Shown one piece after another: positions 42,278-55,477 of a DNA stretch of 64,000 nucleotides. Origin of the DNA: Octopus vulgaris (taxonomy: Eukaryota); contig OX597821.1 of the NCBI GenBank assembly GCA_951406725.2, forward strand, positions 58,156,001 through 58,220,000, read 5' to 3'. The notes under the pieces are model-generated. The model ran no database searches. It had not been told where the DNA came from and saw only the letters and a list, made by a program, of their open reading frames with translations. Position numbers and translations under genes: made by a program. Each line of letters begins with the position of its first letter. Within the stretch, counting starts at the first letter, position 1.

Positions 42278-42874
42278 CCTGCAAATAATCAATTAGATTT
42301 TAAAACACAAGGAGAAATGTCAATCCTAACGAAAGTAAAATAATAAGAAAGAACGATTTGATGAAAGTCAGAAACCAACGTAGAAGGAGTTTTTTAAGAA
42401 GAAGGAGGTGGAAAACGGAAGCAAAAAGAAGAGAAGAAGATCGACTGAAAGAAAGAACATTGGATGGCAGTTATAATTTTAATGATTGTTTAACTAGCGA
42501 AAGTCAATAATGAGTGGCTTAATTAAAGAGATGTGGTGGAAAGTGAACCAGAAAAAAATGAGGGAGATTTAAAGAATTAGTAGAAAGCGAAACTCCGGAA
42601 ATGCAACACAATTAAGTCTACATGTTCACCCAACCTGGCAGAAACAGCAATCGAAGCTCCCTCTTATCGCAAATCATTTGAATCACCTCGAATCACTTCC
42701 TTCTTTAGAAAGAATATATTAGAAAATGCAGTCTTCAATATATAGGAAAATCGAGATGGGCATGGTTGGAATAGCATTGATCGTAGCACTGTTCAGTCAG
42801 AGTCGCAATGAGAAAAAGCAACACACACACACATATACACACACACATACGCACACACACAAATATATATATAT

Positions 42875-43170
42875 ATATAATAAATATTAGGGAATAAATC
42901 CAAACTTACAGGGAAAAATCAGATTTAGGATTGAATCCAATTTTATAGTAAAATATTATATTATATTAAATTAGAGATAAAACCACTATTAGGCAAATCA
43001 TACAATGAAAAACTTAAGCCAATACATAAGATTATTTAATTTATATTATTTAAATATATAACAAAATTATTTAAAAAAATATAATTAATATAACACTACG
43101 ATCGTTTCATGGCTGTTAATTTCTTTAAATTTTCGAGTTACAGTCATTCATCAGGTGGTTTAAATATTTA
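42875..43170 (-). mobile_element. Penelope-pLTR-like fragment next to (TA)n, carrying a hammerhead; rearranged relative at 53915-54032
   Basis: Hammerhead at 43094-43157. aataaatattagggaataaatccaaacttacagggaaaaatcagatttagg recurs inverted at ~53980-54032. Confidence 0.7.
43094..43157 (-). ncRNA. Type I hammerhead ribozyme motif with canonical core
   Basis: CAC-CTGATGA-ATGACTGT-(loop)-ACAGCCAT-GAAA-CGATCG-TA-GTG. Confidence 0.8.
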
Positions 43171-43172
43171 AA

Positions 43173-43520
43173 GTACCAGCCGGACAATGATCCGAAACAT
43201 ACCTCCAAGATAGAGAAGAAATGGTTCAAGGACTATGATGTCAACGTTCTAGAATGAAAACGTTCCGAATCCGATCGAGAACTAGTGGTGAGACTTGAGA
43301 ACTAGAGTGATAGCTAGGATACCGATAAACCTGACCTAGCTCGAGGCATTCGCCAAGGAAGAGTGGGCCAACATCCAACAGGAGACTTGCAGGATGCTCG
43401 TGGACACGTACAAGAATCGTCTAGAAGTAGTCATAAAAAACAAAGGCTATGCTATTGACTATTAAAAGAAGATATTGGATTCAGTAAACCTAGGGTATGA
43501 ATAATTTTGAGGACGACTGC
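43173..43520 (+). mobile_element. Tc1 (DD34E) transposon 3' fragment
   Basis: QPDNDPKHTSK...NPIEN*W...EEWANI...RLEVVIKNKGYAIDY*, followed by a TIR-like gggtatgaataattttgag...actg. Confidence 0.85.
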
Positions 43521-43529
43521 ATATATATA

Positions 43530-43598
<69 letters not shown>

Positions 43599-45066
43599 TA
43601 TGTATCTGTATATATATATATTGTGTGCGCGTGTGTGTGTGTGTTATCGTTTATTTAATAGCTTATGACGTTGTTTTTGTTTTTACCTCCATCTCAGTTA
43701 TTTTACGTCCGTTGATTATACCAGTTTCTTGAAGACTTCTGAACAACATACAAAATTCTCCGGACCTTTTCCCATTTCTGTGTAATTTTTACCAATTCAA
43801 GCATTCTTTTCTTTTTCTTTTTTTTTTACTTTTTTTTTCAAATTTAAATACATACGTTCCCTCTTTGTTAGAAAAACGTTTTCTTACCCCTGCATGCTTT
43901 TGCTATACAGTAATACAGTAATAAAACTTTTCCCCGCTGCTTTTGCAGTTCTATGTATTTCATCAATATCTTCATTCCCATACACACACAAACGATTTTA
44001 TTTCCTCGCATATACGTTTTCACAGCACCCACGTAAAAATTTTACGTGGAAAAAAACATCTGAAACGTTAAACTCGCCCATTTTTCCTCACTTAGAAACT
44101 TCAACGAAGAAAGAAATAATTTGAATAAAAGATTTTACAGCAAGCCATCATAACCAAGGAGAATGAATTCAATAAGAGCTTTATAGGTTTTAAAAAAAAA
44201 CTATAGTTTCCTCTAGCAATGCATTTCAATTTTGCTTCGATATTTTTGTTATTGATGTATTTTTATTTGCTCTATGTGGGCCCTGAGTGAGTAGAATTAT
44301 GATCAAAGTTTCCAACCGTAGCTTCCTTGTTTCTTCTAAGGTTGTCTAAATCTACATTGTCTAAATGGTCCTGCTTTTATTTCAGTGTCATTTAAGAGAA
44401 TCTGGTTGCTATTTCTAGCAAGCCGACTGACTACCTAGCAGTTCCCTCATTAGTTTGACTGACTAGAAATAAGTATGCAAGATAAAGATATTGCATTAAA
44501 AATTCATATACCTGTCTTTCCAGCTTTAATGGGATTTCGATCAACGAATGATAAAGCATATCATACCTCTTGAGAGCCATACTATATGAATTCATCCATT
44601 ATCAGTCAGCTTTTTCTTTTTCTTTTCTTCGTGACAATTATTTTATCTGTAAACTACACTTACTCTACAAACGGCTACTCCCCTTTTACATTATCATTAG
44701 GAAATTTCTTCCTCCATAAATCCTATTACACCGATTAAAATTTAGATAATTCTTTTTTTAACATCATTACGAATCAGCTGTTTCATACATGTTGATAACA
44801 AACTAATTTCGCTGCCATCCCCATAACAAAACTCTCAGAATGTCTTATTGATGTACTGTAGATGACTTTCTTTGAATAAGTTCGTGCAGGTAAGACGCCA
44901 TCGCATTAAGACTGTATGTAGTTTTGAACCAATTACTGAAGATAGATTCGAGTCAAATAAGATGTACTTTAGATAATGTTATTTCACTGGCATTTACTAT
45001 ATCACCTGTCTCTTTCTCTCTCTCTTTCTCTCTCTCCCTCTCTCTCTCTTTCTCTCTCTCTCTATC

Positions 45067-45119
<53 letters not shown>

Positions 45120-45249
45120 CTCTATATATATATATAGAGAGAGAGAGAAAGAGAGAGAGAAAGACAGACAGACAGAGAGTCTGAAATTGTGTTTGACCCT
45201 CTGGCCGATAACTGGTGGAGAATTGGTGACCTTCTGTATTTTCTGTTCG

Positions 45250-45288
<39 letters not shown>

Positions 45289-45385
45289 AGAGTTTACGGA
45301 AAAAAACAAAAGACGAAGACAGGTGGTGTACAAAACAAACAGATGTATTAGTATATACATATATATATATATATATATATACATA

Positions 45386-45686
45386 CTAGCAGTATCGCCC
45401 GGCGTTGCTCGGGTTTGTAAGGGAAATAACTATATAAGCATTTTTAGAGAGTTACTTCCCTTATATAATAGCAAAAAAAATGCATTAAAGATGGGAAAAA
45501 ATGATGGTAATTTTTTTTTTAAATCGCAGACTCATCGTAGACGCGCGCTAATACCCAGAAGGGCTCGATATGAATCACGACTATAAGATACCCACTTTTG
45601 GTTACACTGCACCTCAAAATGTGGGAGTAGTTAGGAATCTAAATCGTAGGAGACAGACACACAACTTCACTTTTATATATAAAGAT
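45386..45686 (-). mobile_element. Short (~300 bp) non-autonomous Helitron, type B ends
   Basis: ctagcagtatcgcccggcgttgctcggg end; minus-strand start TCTTTATATATAAAAG. Confidence 0.88.
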
Positions 45687-45744
45687 ATACATATATATAT
45701 ACAGAGAGACAGACAGACAGACAGACAGATACACACACACATGC

Positions 45745-45912
45745 AGCAGTGGCGGTGTGGTAAGCAGCTTGCTTACCGACCACATGGTTCCGGGTTCAGT
45801 CCCACTGCGTGGCACTTTGGGCAAGTGTCTTATACTATAGCTTCGGGCCGACCAAAGCCTTGTGAGTGGATTTGGTAGACGGAAACTGAAAGAAACCGGT
45901 CATATATATATG

Positions 45913-46001
<89 letters not shown>

Positions 46002-46270
46002 GTGAGTGTGTGTGTGCGTATGTGTGTCTGCATGTGTGTGTCTATGTATGTATGTATATATGGATGTATGTACGTGTTTGTGCACCCCCAACATCGCTTG
46101 ACAACTGATGTGTGTGTTTACCTCACCGTAACCGAGCAGTTCGGCGAAAAGACACCGATAGAATAAGTACTAGGTTTACAAAGAATAAGTCCAGGGTTGG
46201 ATTTGTTCGACTAAAGGCGGTGCTCCAGTATGGCTGCAGTGAAATGGCTGAAACAAATAAAAGAATAAAA

Positions 46271-46272
<2 letters not shown>
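45745..46272 (+). mobile_element. SINE family B with long internal (TG)n
   Basis: Family B head and tail. Confidence 0.88.
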
Positions 46273-46331
<59 letters not shown>

Positions 46332-46369
46332 TATAAATCAAAGTAAGCAACAAGGATATCCAGAGGTAA

Positions 46370-46456
46370 TGCAGTACGATCATTTCATGCAACTCCATGT
46401 AATTGAACAATGCAATCATTGCATCGATTTACAATATAGAGCAATCTTCAGCTGCA
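46370..46456 (-). ncRNA. Type I hammerhead ribozyme motif with extended stem II, near (TA)n
   Basis: TGCAG-CTGAAGA-TTGCTCTAT...ATGGAGTTGCAT-GAAA-TGATCG-TA-CTGCA. Confidence 0.7.
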
Positions 46457-46789
46457 CAAAGACATAGCATTTAATTAAATTAGAACAGATGGATACATTA
46501 GTATAATCATACCTAAAATCTCCAAGAAGTTAAGGAGATTGACAAAGAACATGTTGTACCTACAACAGCAAAGTCGTTATAGGTACAACATGTTCTTTGT
46601 CTTTCGAAACAATTATTCCTTGAAGCAAGAAAATGGAGGAAACATGTAAAATGAAATGGAGAGAAGCAGTGGGAAAAAAAGTGACACAGAAAACGACGAA
46701 GTTCAAATAAAGTAGAACAGCAATTCACTGTCTTTCAACTTCTCTTTTGTTTTTTCTTCATCACTTTTGTCATTTAAAAAAAAAATAAA

Positions 46790-47220
46790 TGCGTCCTTTT
46801 CAAGCCTAGCCAGGTTCATGGGCCCGGTTTCCCAGTTTCTATAGAGTATGTGTTCCCCAGCTGGACGGGACGCCAGTCCATCGCAGCGTTACTCATTTTT
46901 GCCAGCTGAGTGAACTGAAGCAACGTGAAATGAAGTGTTTTGCTCAAGAACACGACGCGTCGCCCGGTCCAGGAATCGAAACCACAATCTTACGATCATG
47001 ATGCTGACACCCTAACCACAGTTTCTATAGAGTATGTGTTCCCCAGCTGGACGGGACGCCAGTCCATCGCAGCGTTACTCATTTTTGCCAGCTGAGTGAA
47101 CTGGAGCAACGTGAAATGAAGTGTTTTGCTCAAGAACACGACGCGTCGCCCGGTCCAGGAATCGAAACCACAATCTTACGATCATGATGCTGACACCCTA
47201 ACCACTAAGCCACGCGCCTC
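46790..47220 (-). mobile_element. SINE family C (tail type 3) with an internal ~185-bp tandem duplication
   Basis: cagtttctatagagtatgtgttccccagctgg...gctgacaccctaaccac occurs twice. Confidence 0.85.
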
Positions 47221-47839
47221 TACCTTTTGTCATTTGGGAACACCGAAATGCAGATGCTTGGACCATTTGTTCTCAACTATACTCCAGTTGTTTTCGTGAT
47301 AAATATTGCAGTATTGTGTAGAACTGACAGGGATCATGTGCCAAAGTCCTGATGTTGTATATAGACTTCAGTATATATTAAGGTGTTCATTGTACTCGAT
47401 ATGGATTTTGCTTTTATAGTTTTATATGTTCAGTATTATTTTGTCGGTACAGTGAAACAGCTTGATCAGTTTCATTGTCTTTTCTATCTGCAATTCTCCC
47501 TCTTTTAATATCCTTCTCTTTATGAAACACAGCCTCTGCTTCACGAAATGGTATTAAACTCTATAATTTATAGATCTTAAGGAGAGGATAATCAAAAACA
47601 CTCCCTGAACATGAACGATGATAAATGTATGAAAATGTATGTATGCAAAGGTATACATAGAAAAACTAGATGCCAATGTGGATTGTTACCCAATGTACAG
47701 AAAGTTGTAAGGGGGGACAACTCAAATTCGAAACAGAAGATGGATAACAGAAATGTCATTCCATATAATAAAAAAAAAGTATCCTTTAAATATTAGTCAT
47801 ATCATTATGAAAACTTGAGCCTCCATTCATTTTGTAAAA

Positions 47840-48272
47840 TATTGATTTCAAATTTTAGCACAAGGCCAGCAATTTGGGGGAAGGGAGTAAGTTGATTACA
47901 TTGACTCCGGTGCTCAACTGGTACTCTTTTTATTGACCCCAAAAGAATGAAAAGCAAAAGTCGATCTAGGCGGAATTTGAACTCAGAATGTAAAGACAAA
48001 AAGAAATGACGCTAAGCGTTTTACACGGTATGCTAACGAGTCTGCCAGCACGCCGCCTTGAAATGGTTTCAGATTTTGGCACAAGAACAGCAATCCCGGG
48101 GGAAAAGGGCCAAGTCGATCACATCGATCCCACTGTTCAACTGGTACTCTTTTTATCGACCCCGAAAGGCTAAGAAGCAATGTCGGCGGAATTTGAATTC
48201 AGAATGTAAAAACTGACGAAATGCCGCTAAGCATTTTGCCCGGTGTGCTAATGATTCTGCCAGCACGCCGCC
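47840..48272 (-). mobile_element. SINE family A dimer
   Basis: Two tandem units, each ending ctgccagcacgccgcc. Confidence 0.8.
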
Positions 48273-49116
48273 TGTTCATTTTGCAAGATATTAAAATGCG
48301 TATACAAGGACTATTTACAGCATCAATATTGAAACTGACCGAACTGAACACCAATGAGATATAGCTATTTAGGTGCCAAACGTGTTAATTCCCAGAAGTA
48401 ATGTTGTAACTTGGCCTGGGACCTTTATTCTTTCATGGAGTCGTAACGCATTATGTCATGACACACTGCTTGTCTTTTAGATGAGACGAAGCCCGTTTCT
48501 CTCCGGGTCTGACCATAGCTGATTTCTTCCAAAAAGAGAGACACAGTGAGAATAATAAACCCAGTAGAGGATTGATCTTTTATCTATCGACCTTTAAAGA
48601 GCGAAAGACAAAGTTGATCACGGTAGTATTCAAACTCGGAGTACAGAGACTGCAGCCATTACTTCAAAGCAATCCTTCATACCTCTAACTACTCGATTAA
48701 TTTGCTCAGCGGAAAAGAATATAGAATATAGAATATAGACTAAAAGAATATAGAATGGGTGATATATCACATTCAGAGATTAGATTACCGACATCAAAAG
48801 CAATTAGTGTACTTTACTGAAGATAATTAACAAGATGTCCTTCACAGCGCAGAACACGGCGTAAACTAAACGATGATGCATACACAAGACTAATTTATAC
48901 TGAAACTCCATACCATTATATCTTCGACAAACGAGCATGTTAACAGGGAAGAATTTTCGTGCAACGATGGCGGCCTCTACCAAGATTAACAACTGTCATC
49001 CTAAATGAACATCTGAGGTAATAAATATATGCATCTGTAAATGTTTATTATTACGAGAACTAAATTTCCGCTGAGCATTTTGTCCGACGTGCTAACAATT
49101 CTTCCAGCTCGCCGCC

Positions 49117-49184
<68 letters not shown>

Positions 49185-49800
49185 CCGATCGTGGCCGTTT
49201 GCCAGCCTTCTGTGCCGGTAGCACGTAAAAAACACCCACTTCACTCACGGAGTGGTTGGCCTTAGGAAGGGCATCCAGCTGTAGAAACACTGCCAGATCA
49301 GACTGGAGCCTGGTGCGGGCAGTGGCTCTCGTGCCTTCTGATCTTAACTGATTGGAAGTGTTATCATATACATTGTTTTGTCTTGTTATAAAAGATGGGC
49401 TACAGCAAATATTTTGCTCAATACCACAGATTTGCTTGTCAGTTGTTTGACCTTAACCAGTTGAGCATATCCCTTGGTTGACGATATCTGCATCTCTGAT
49501 CACGAGCAGAAGTAGTGGGGGAGCATCATAACCATGTGTTGAGAGGGATTCTTTGGGATTTGGATAATCCACCTCTGGAAACATGGGTGTTTCGTTCAGC
49601 ATTCTTAAACAACCCTTATTCAGGGACCTTTTGAGCGGGATGGGCTGCTCGACCAGAAGAAGATCAACATGTTGCGCACATATGGTTGTGATGCATGTAC
49701 CTAGTGTACCTTTATCAGACGGGTAGTCATGATGGGTATACTGGGCTTAGTATATTTTACCCCAGTGTCACTTTGATGGCATGCACAGCTCTCTCACTCA
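49185..49800 (+). mobile_element. Unclassified retroposon-like sequence embedded in (TAA)n
   Basis: (TAA)n on both sides; contains ggagtggttggccttaggaagggcatccagctgtagaaac, a motif I recall from RTE-associated repeats. Confidence 0.45.
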
Positions 49801-49805
49801 ACAAC

Positions 49806-49857
<52 letters not shown>

Positions 49858-50465
49858 TTTCCTACTATAGGTACAAGGCCTGAAAGTTGGAGGAGGGAGA
49901 TAGTCGATTACATCGACCCCAGTGTTTCACTGGTAATTGATTTATCGACCCCGAAAGGATGAAACACAAAATCGATCTCGGCGAAATTTAAACTCAGAAC
50001 GTAGCGGCAGACAAAATACCTATTTCTTTCCTACCCACAAGGGGCTAAACACAGAGAAGACAAACGGATTAAGTCGATTATATCGACCCCAGTGCGTAAC
50101 TTGTACTTATTTAATCGACCCCGAAAGGATGAAAGGTAAAGTCGACCTCGGCGAATTTGAACCCAGAACGTAGCGGCAGACGAAATACAGCTAAGCATTT
50201 CGTCCAGCGTGATAACGATTCTGCCAGCTCGCCGCCCTAATAATAATTATTTTTTCTACTCTAGGCAGAAGGCCTTGAAAATTTGGGGGAAGGGGGATAG
50301 CCAATTACATCGACCCCAGTGCGTAACTGGCACTTATTTAATCGACACCCAAAGGATGAAAGGCAAAGTCGAACTCGGCGGAATTTGAACTCAGAACGTA
50401 GCGACAGACGAAATGCCGCTACGCATTTCGCCGGGCGTGCTAACAATTCTACTAGCTCACAGCCC
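49858..50465 (-). mobile_element. SINE family A tandem cluster (3 units)
   Basis: Repeated atcgaccccgaaaggatgaaagg...ggcggaatttgaactcagaacg. Confidence 0.85.
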
Positions 50466-50469
50466 TCCT

Positions 50470-50775
50470 AAGAAGAAGCAGTAGTAGAAGAAGAAGAAGA
50501 AGAAGAAGAAGAAGAAGAAGAAGAAGAAGAAGAAGAAGAAGAAGAAGAAGAAGAAGAAGAAGAAGAACAAGAACAAGAACAAGAACAAGAACAAGAACAA
50601 GAACAAGAACAAGAAGAACAAGAAGAAGAAGAACAAGAAGAACAAGAAGGAGAAGAAGAAGAAGAAGAAGAAGAAGAAGAAGAAGAAGAAGAAGAAGAAG
50701 AAGAAGAAGAAGAAGAAGAAGAAGAAGAAGAAGAAGAAGATGAAGAAGAAGAAGAAGAAGGGGAAGAAGAAGAAA
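50470..50775. repeat. (GAA)n/(GAACAA)n microsatellite
   Basis: Read directly from sequence. Confidence 0.95.
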
Positions 50776-51274
50776 CAACTACATTATGCAAACATTAGCA
50801 ATGGAATAAAACAAGATTATGCAAATATTCACTTTGAAATATTTCATTAAAATACAAATACAAATACGAGTTGTGAGGAATACGACATGTAAGAAATTCA
50901 AGAAAACAATAACTTTTGTACTATTATTATAAGTATTATGTTTCTTATTGATTTCTAACAATTCCACATAAACTGATTACATCAACAATATTTTAAAACT
51001 AAGTTTGCAATTTTGTGATCGATTTTAGTAAGCTGTTATCGTATGCAGTATTGACAAAAGAGTAAATAATTGCAGATAAATCCTTGGTGGAAATATACGA
51101 TGCTTTGAACATCAATCAAAATGAAAAGTTCATTGATATTTTTTTGAACTATTTGAGTAGTATTTAACTTCTGATGTGAAATTAGAGCTCGGGGGGAAAT
51201 TTCGTTCTTTTTCTTCACTTTTTCTTTCTTTTCTTTTTTGGAAAATGTTTACTACAGCAGTAGTAAACTCCTGT

Positions 51275-51880
51275 AGGTGCAGGAGTGGCTGTGTGGTAAA
51301 GAGCTTGCTTACGAACCACATGGTTCAGGGTTCAGTCCCACTGCGTGGCACCTTGGGCAAACGTCTTCTACTATAGCCTCGGGCTGACCAAAGCCTTGTG
51401 AGTGGATTTGGTAGGCGGAAACTGAAAGATGCCCGTCGTATACATGTGATCTCTTGAGCACCACCAGCAAAAATATTTTTTTCCTCTGTCTTCCCTTCTC
51501 GGGATCTTTCCTTCTCCTTGTTTCCGACGAAGAGCTCCGCTCGAAACGTTAAACCCTCCTTCCCTTCTTTCCTGAGCGTCAAATAATACTTTAATTGTTC
51601 CACGTCCTCGCGTTGCTGTGTTTTTTTCTGTGTTTTCTTGTTTGGATTAACTTTATGTATATATATATATATGTTTGTGCGTTTGTGTTTGTCCCCCAAC
51701 ATCACTTGACAACCGATGCGGGTGTGTTTACGTCCCCGTAACTTAGCGGTTCAGCAAAAGTGACCGATAGAATAAGTAGTAGGCTTCCAAAGAAGAAGTC
51801 TTGGGGACGATTTGCTCGACTAAAGGCAGTGCTCCAGCATGGCCGCAGTCAAATAACTGAAACAAGTCAAGGAGTAAAGG
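51275..51880 (+). mobile_element. SINE family B with a ~210-bp pLTR-like insert (51445-51655) in its internal microsatellite
   Basis: Head ends gcccgtcgtata, foreign sequence follows, then tatatatgtttgtgcgtttgtgtttgtccccc resumes the SINE. Confidence 0.85.
51520..51554 (+). ncRNA. Ultra-minimal hammerhead ribozyme motif (core CCGACGA variant)
   Basis: GTTT-CCGACGA-A-GAGC-TCC-GCTC-GAAA-CG-TT-AAAC, with the palindrome AACGTT as stem III. Confidence 0.6.
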
Positions 51881-52089
51881 AGTGAGGAGTACATTTGCAC
51901 TTTTGTTTTTATTAACAACGTAGATGAAGGCATGGCAGTGTGGTTAAGAAACTTTGCTTTACAATCATCTGGTTTTGGGTTCAGTCCCACTACACGGTTT
52001 ACTTTGAGCAAATGTCTTCTATTGTAGCGCCTGGTGACCAATGCCTTGCGAGTGAATTTGGTAGAAAGAAAATGAGCAGAAGCATATCG

Positions 52090-52134
<45 letters not shown>

Positions 52135-52139
52135 TTATA

Positions 52140-52770
52140 AATTAGGGATATAATCATTGAAAATTATTATATCAGTGGTAAGCGTACAAAAAAAATGACT
52201 GTATCGGTAGAATTAATTTGGGCAAGTGCCTTCTACTATAGCTTCGAGCCGACCAAAGCCTTGTGAGTGGATTTGGTAGACATAAATTGAAAGAAGCCTG
52301 TCGTGTGTATGTGTATGTGTGTGTGTGTGTGTGTGCGTGTGTGTGCGTGTGTGTGCGTGTGTATGCGTGTGTGTGCTTGTCGCCCCAACAAAGCTTGACA
52401 ACCGATGTTGGTGTGTTTACGTCCCCGTAACTAAGCAGTTTGGCAAAAGAGACCGATAGAATAAGTACTCGGCTTACAAAGAATAAGTCCTGGGGTCGAT
52501 TTGTTCGACTAAAGGTGGTGCTCCAGCATGACTGCAGTCAAATCACGGAAACAAGTAAAAGAATAAAAGACTAAATTATGAAATACAATTATAATTAAAG
52601 GCTCTGCAATGCCAGCGCCTATACGCTAAAAATAGATGTCAAATACCTACCATCCACACTAAATCAGTCCTCTGGTGGATTGTGAGTATTTGACATCTAT
52701 TTTTACCGTATAGGCGCTGGCATTCCAAAACCCTTAATTATAATATATTTTATAATTATATATTTAAATT
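52140..52770. mobile_element. Fold-back element related to 16358-16682, interrupted by a 5'-truncated SINE B (52217-52572)
   Basis: 52165-52218 is the diverged reverse complement of ~16625-16675. 52575-52770 is a hairpin: ccagcgcctatacgctaaaaatagatgtcaaatac / gtatttgacatctatttttaccgtataggcgctgg. Confidence 0.75.
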
Positions 52771-53384
52771 AATCAAAGGACATACTGAGTATGTCTACCT
52801 GCTGAAAATAAGAGTCAAAACTTTTATTTAAATCGACAAAATATACTTATAATAACTACAGATATCAACCGTCGGAAGGCAAACGGGTTAAGACAATCTC
52901 TCAGCACACATTCATGTATTTGGACTCACGCGGACCGGTTTCTGAACTGGCATAATACATGCTGAAAAGTGCAGTTAAAAACCCAAACCACGAAAAAAAG
53001 GAATCCTTACGGCACGCTGCTAATATGCACCAGAGTGAATAGAAAATTAGTTAACCATATAATCGAGTTTCGCTATTAGTATTCTTCCTCAGCACGCATT
53101 ACCATGATAGAGAACCCCAACTGTCATGTTGATGTCTGCGCTGCACGTTTTGCGCCGTGTATTATTTGCTCCATATTGCATTTATAATTATATACTTTAA
53201 AATGTATGACAATGTATAAATAACGGTCATTACATTTTTTACTTTTATTGGAAAAGTGTGATCATTATTATACCTTGTCTTGTATATCACCCTGTGTAAT
53301 AATCAATATAACTACAGCGCAACCACGGATTTACAATATAGATTGGTGGTCAACTATAACCTCAGACTCTGTGACAAGAATATA

Positions 53385-53698
53385 TACTCCCCAAGCTGCA
53401 ACCCCCCTTGATTATTATGTGCGGAGCGCAGTTGAACTAGAAACCAACAACACTTTTTGTAGCACCAAAGATGAACTGAAGGCAAGGATTATAGCAGCAT
53501 TCACCAACTTAAACAAGGAGACCATCCAGAAGTTTTGCAAGAGATTCCGCAGTCGTCTGGAGGCCGTAGTTGAAGCCAATGGCGATTTTATTGAATAAAT
53601 TTACTCAAAATATTTTTATGTAATTTTGGTAAATGATATGTCAGTGTTACTTACATTTCTGTGTAATTTAGACGACAATTTATTCACCGCACCCTCTG
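53385..53698 (+). mobile_element. 3' fragment of the maT/DD37D-like transposon seen at 23471-24325
   Basis: PLDYYV...LKARIIAAF...CKRFRSRLEAVVEANGDFIE*, then TIR cgacaatttattcaccgcaccc. Confidence 0.85.
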
Positions 53699-53701
53699 TA
53701 T

Positions 53702-53778
<77 letters not shown>

Positions 53779-53847
53779 CATATATATATAGATAGATATA
53801 TATGTGTGTGTTTGTGTGTGTGTGTATGTATATATATACATATATAT

Positions 53848-53916
<69 letters not shown>

Positions 53917-54029
53917 ATTAATTAGACACAAAACCACTATTATGCAAATCAAACAAAGAAAGACTTAATCCAATACATAAATCCTAAATCTGATTTTTCC
54001 CTGTAAATTTGGATTTATTCCCTAATATT

Positions 54030-54155
<126 letters not shown>

Positions 54156-54156
54156 G

Positions 54157-54209
<53 letters not shown>

Positions 54210-54446
54210 GAGAGAGAAGTGCAAGTGTGTTTATGTGTAGATGTACGAATGACGCCCAAATATATGCTACACACATATATATATATACTCACACACATTT
54301 ATGTACCCATGCATACCTGCATGTCTGTGTATATAGATAGATATATAAACATACATAAACATATATGCACGTATACACATTACATGCATATAAACATATG
54401 CTTATATACATAAACATAAGCTTATAAATATATCGCACAATATATC

Positions 54447-54677
54447 TGTTTCTTTATTACCCACACGGGGCTAAACATAGAGGGGACAAACAAGGACAGA
54501 CAAACGGATTAAGTCAATTACATCGACCCAGTGCGTAACCGGTACTTAATTTATCGACCCCGAAAGAATGAAAGGCAAAGTCGACCTCGGCGGAATTTGA
54601 ACTCAGAACGTAACGGCAGACGAAATACGGCTACGCATTTCGCTCGGCGTGCTAACGGTTCTGCCAGCTTGCCGCCT
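54447..54677 (-). mobile_element. SINE family A with TSD-like flanks (tatcgcacaatatatc)
   Basis: Complete unit; tatcgcacaatatatc occurs on both sides. Confidence 0.88.
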
Positions 54678-54776
54678 TGTATCGCACAATATATCGCCTC
54701 TTTCATTCACTCAGTCCATCCTTTCTCTCTATTATGTCTCCCTTATATTGATATATATATACAAATATATATATAT

Positions 54777-54842
<66 letters not shown>

Positions 54843-55477
54843 ATGTATGTATGTATGTATGTGTGTATGTATGTATGTATGTATGTATGTATATACATGT
54901 ATAAATGAATATACATGTATATATATATGTGTGTGTGTGTGTATGTATGCATGTGTTTGTGTATTCTTATGTATATATGTGTGTACGTGCGTATAAAAAT
55001 ATCTATTTACATAACTGTGATTACCTCCAATTTTCACTTGATTTACATATGGTTAATGTTGCATATAAAGTAGCGCCAGCTAATGCTTCAAACGTATAAC
55101 AATACCCCATACAGTGACAACAACATTGAATATGTTATTTATTTATGCCCCCGCCTCACCAGTGAGGCCTGGAATCAGGTTCGTTTACGGCTGATTGTAC
55201 ATTATAATTGGTTGACGTCAACAGTACAGAATCATCTGAACATGCCATATGAATTATATCCTACGGTGAAGTCGCCAATAGAGGCAATTCTCCGTCATTC
55301 TCGACGATGAGCAGTCAGTTGTCTAACAAATTGAATTACTACTCGTGAAATCAACGGGTAATGGCTGCGTATATGTCACAGGCAGTTTTACTTTATCTTT
55401 AACGCAATTCTCAAATCGAAACAGCTTAACTGATTATAACAAAAGTGAGGTTTTTAATCCAAAAGTATAACTCTAAT

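Noticed and set aside
51933-51946. miR-34-like sequence TGGCAGTGTGGTTA
   Set aside because: The match ends after 14 nt, there is no hairpin, and it is the A-box region of a decayed family B SINE.
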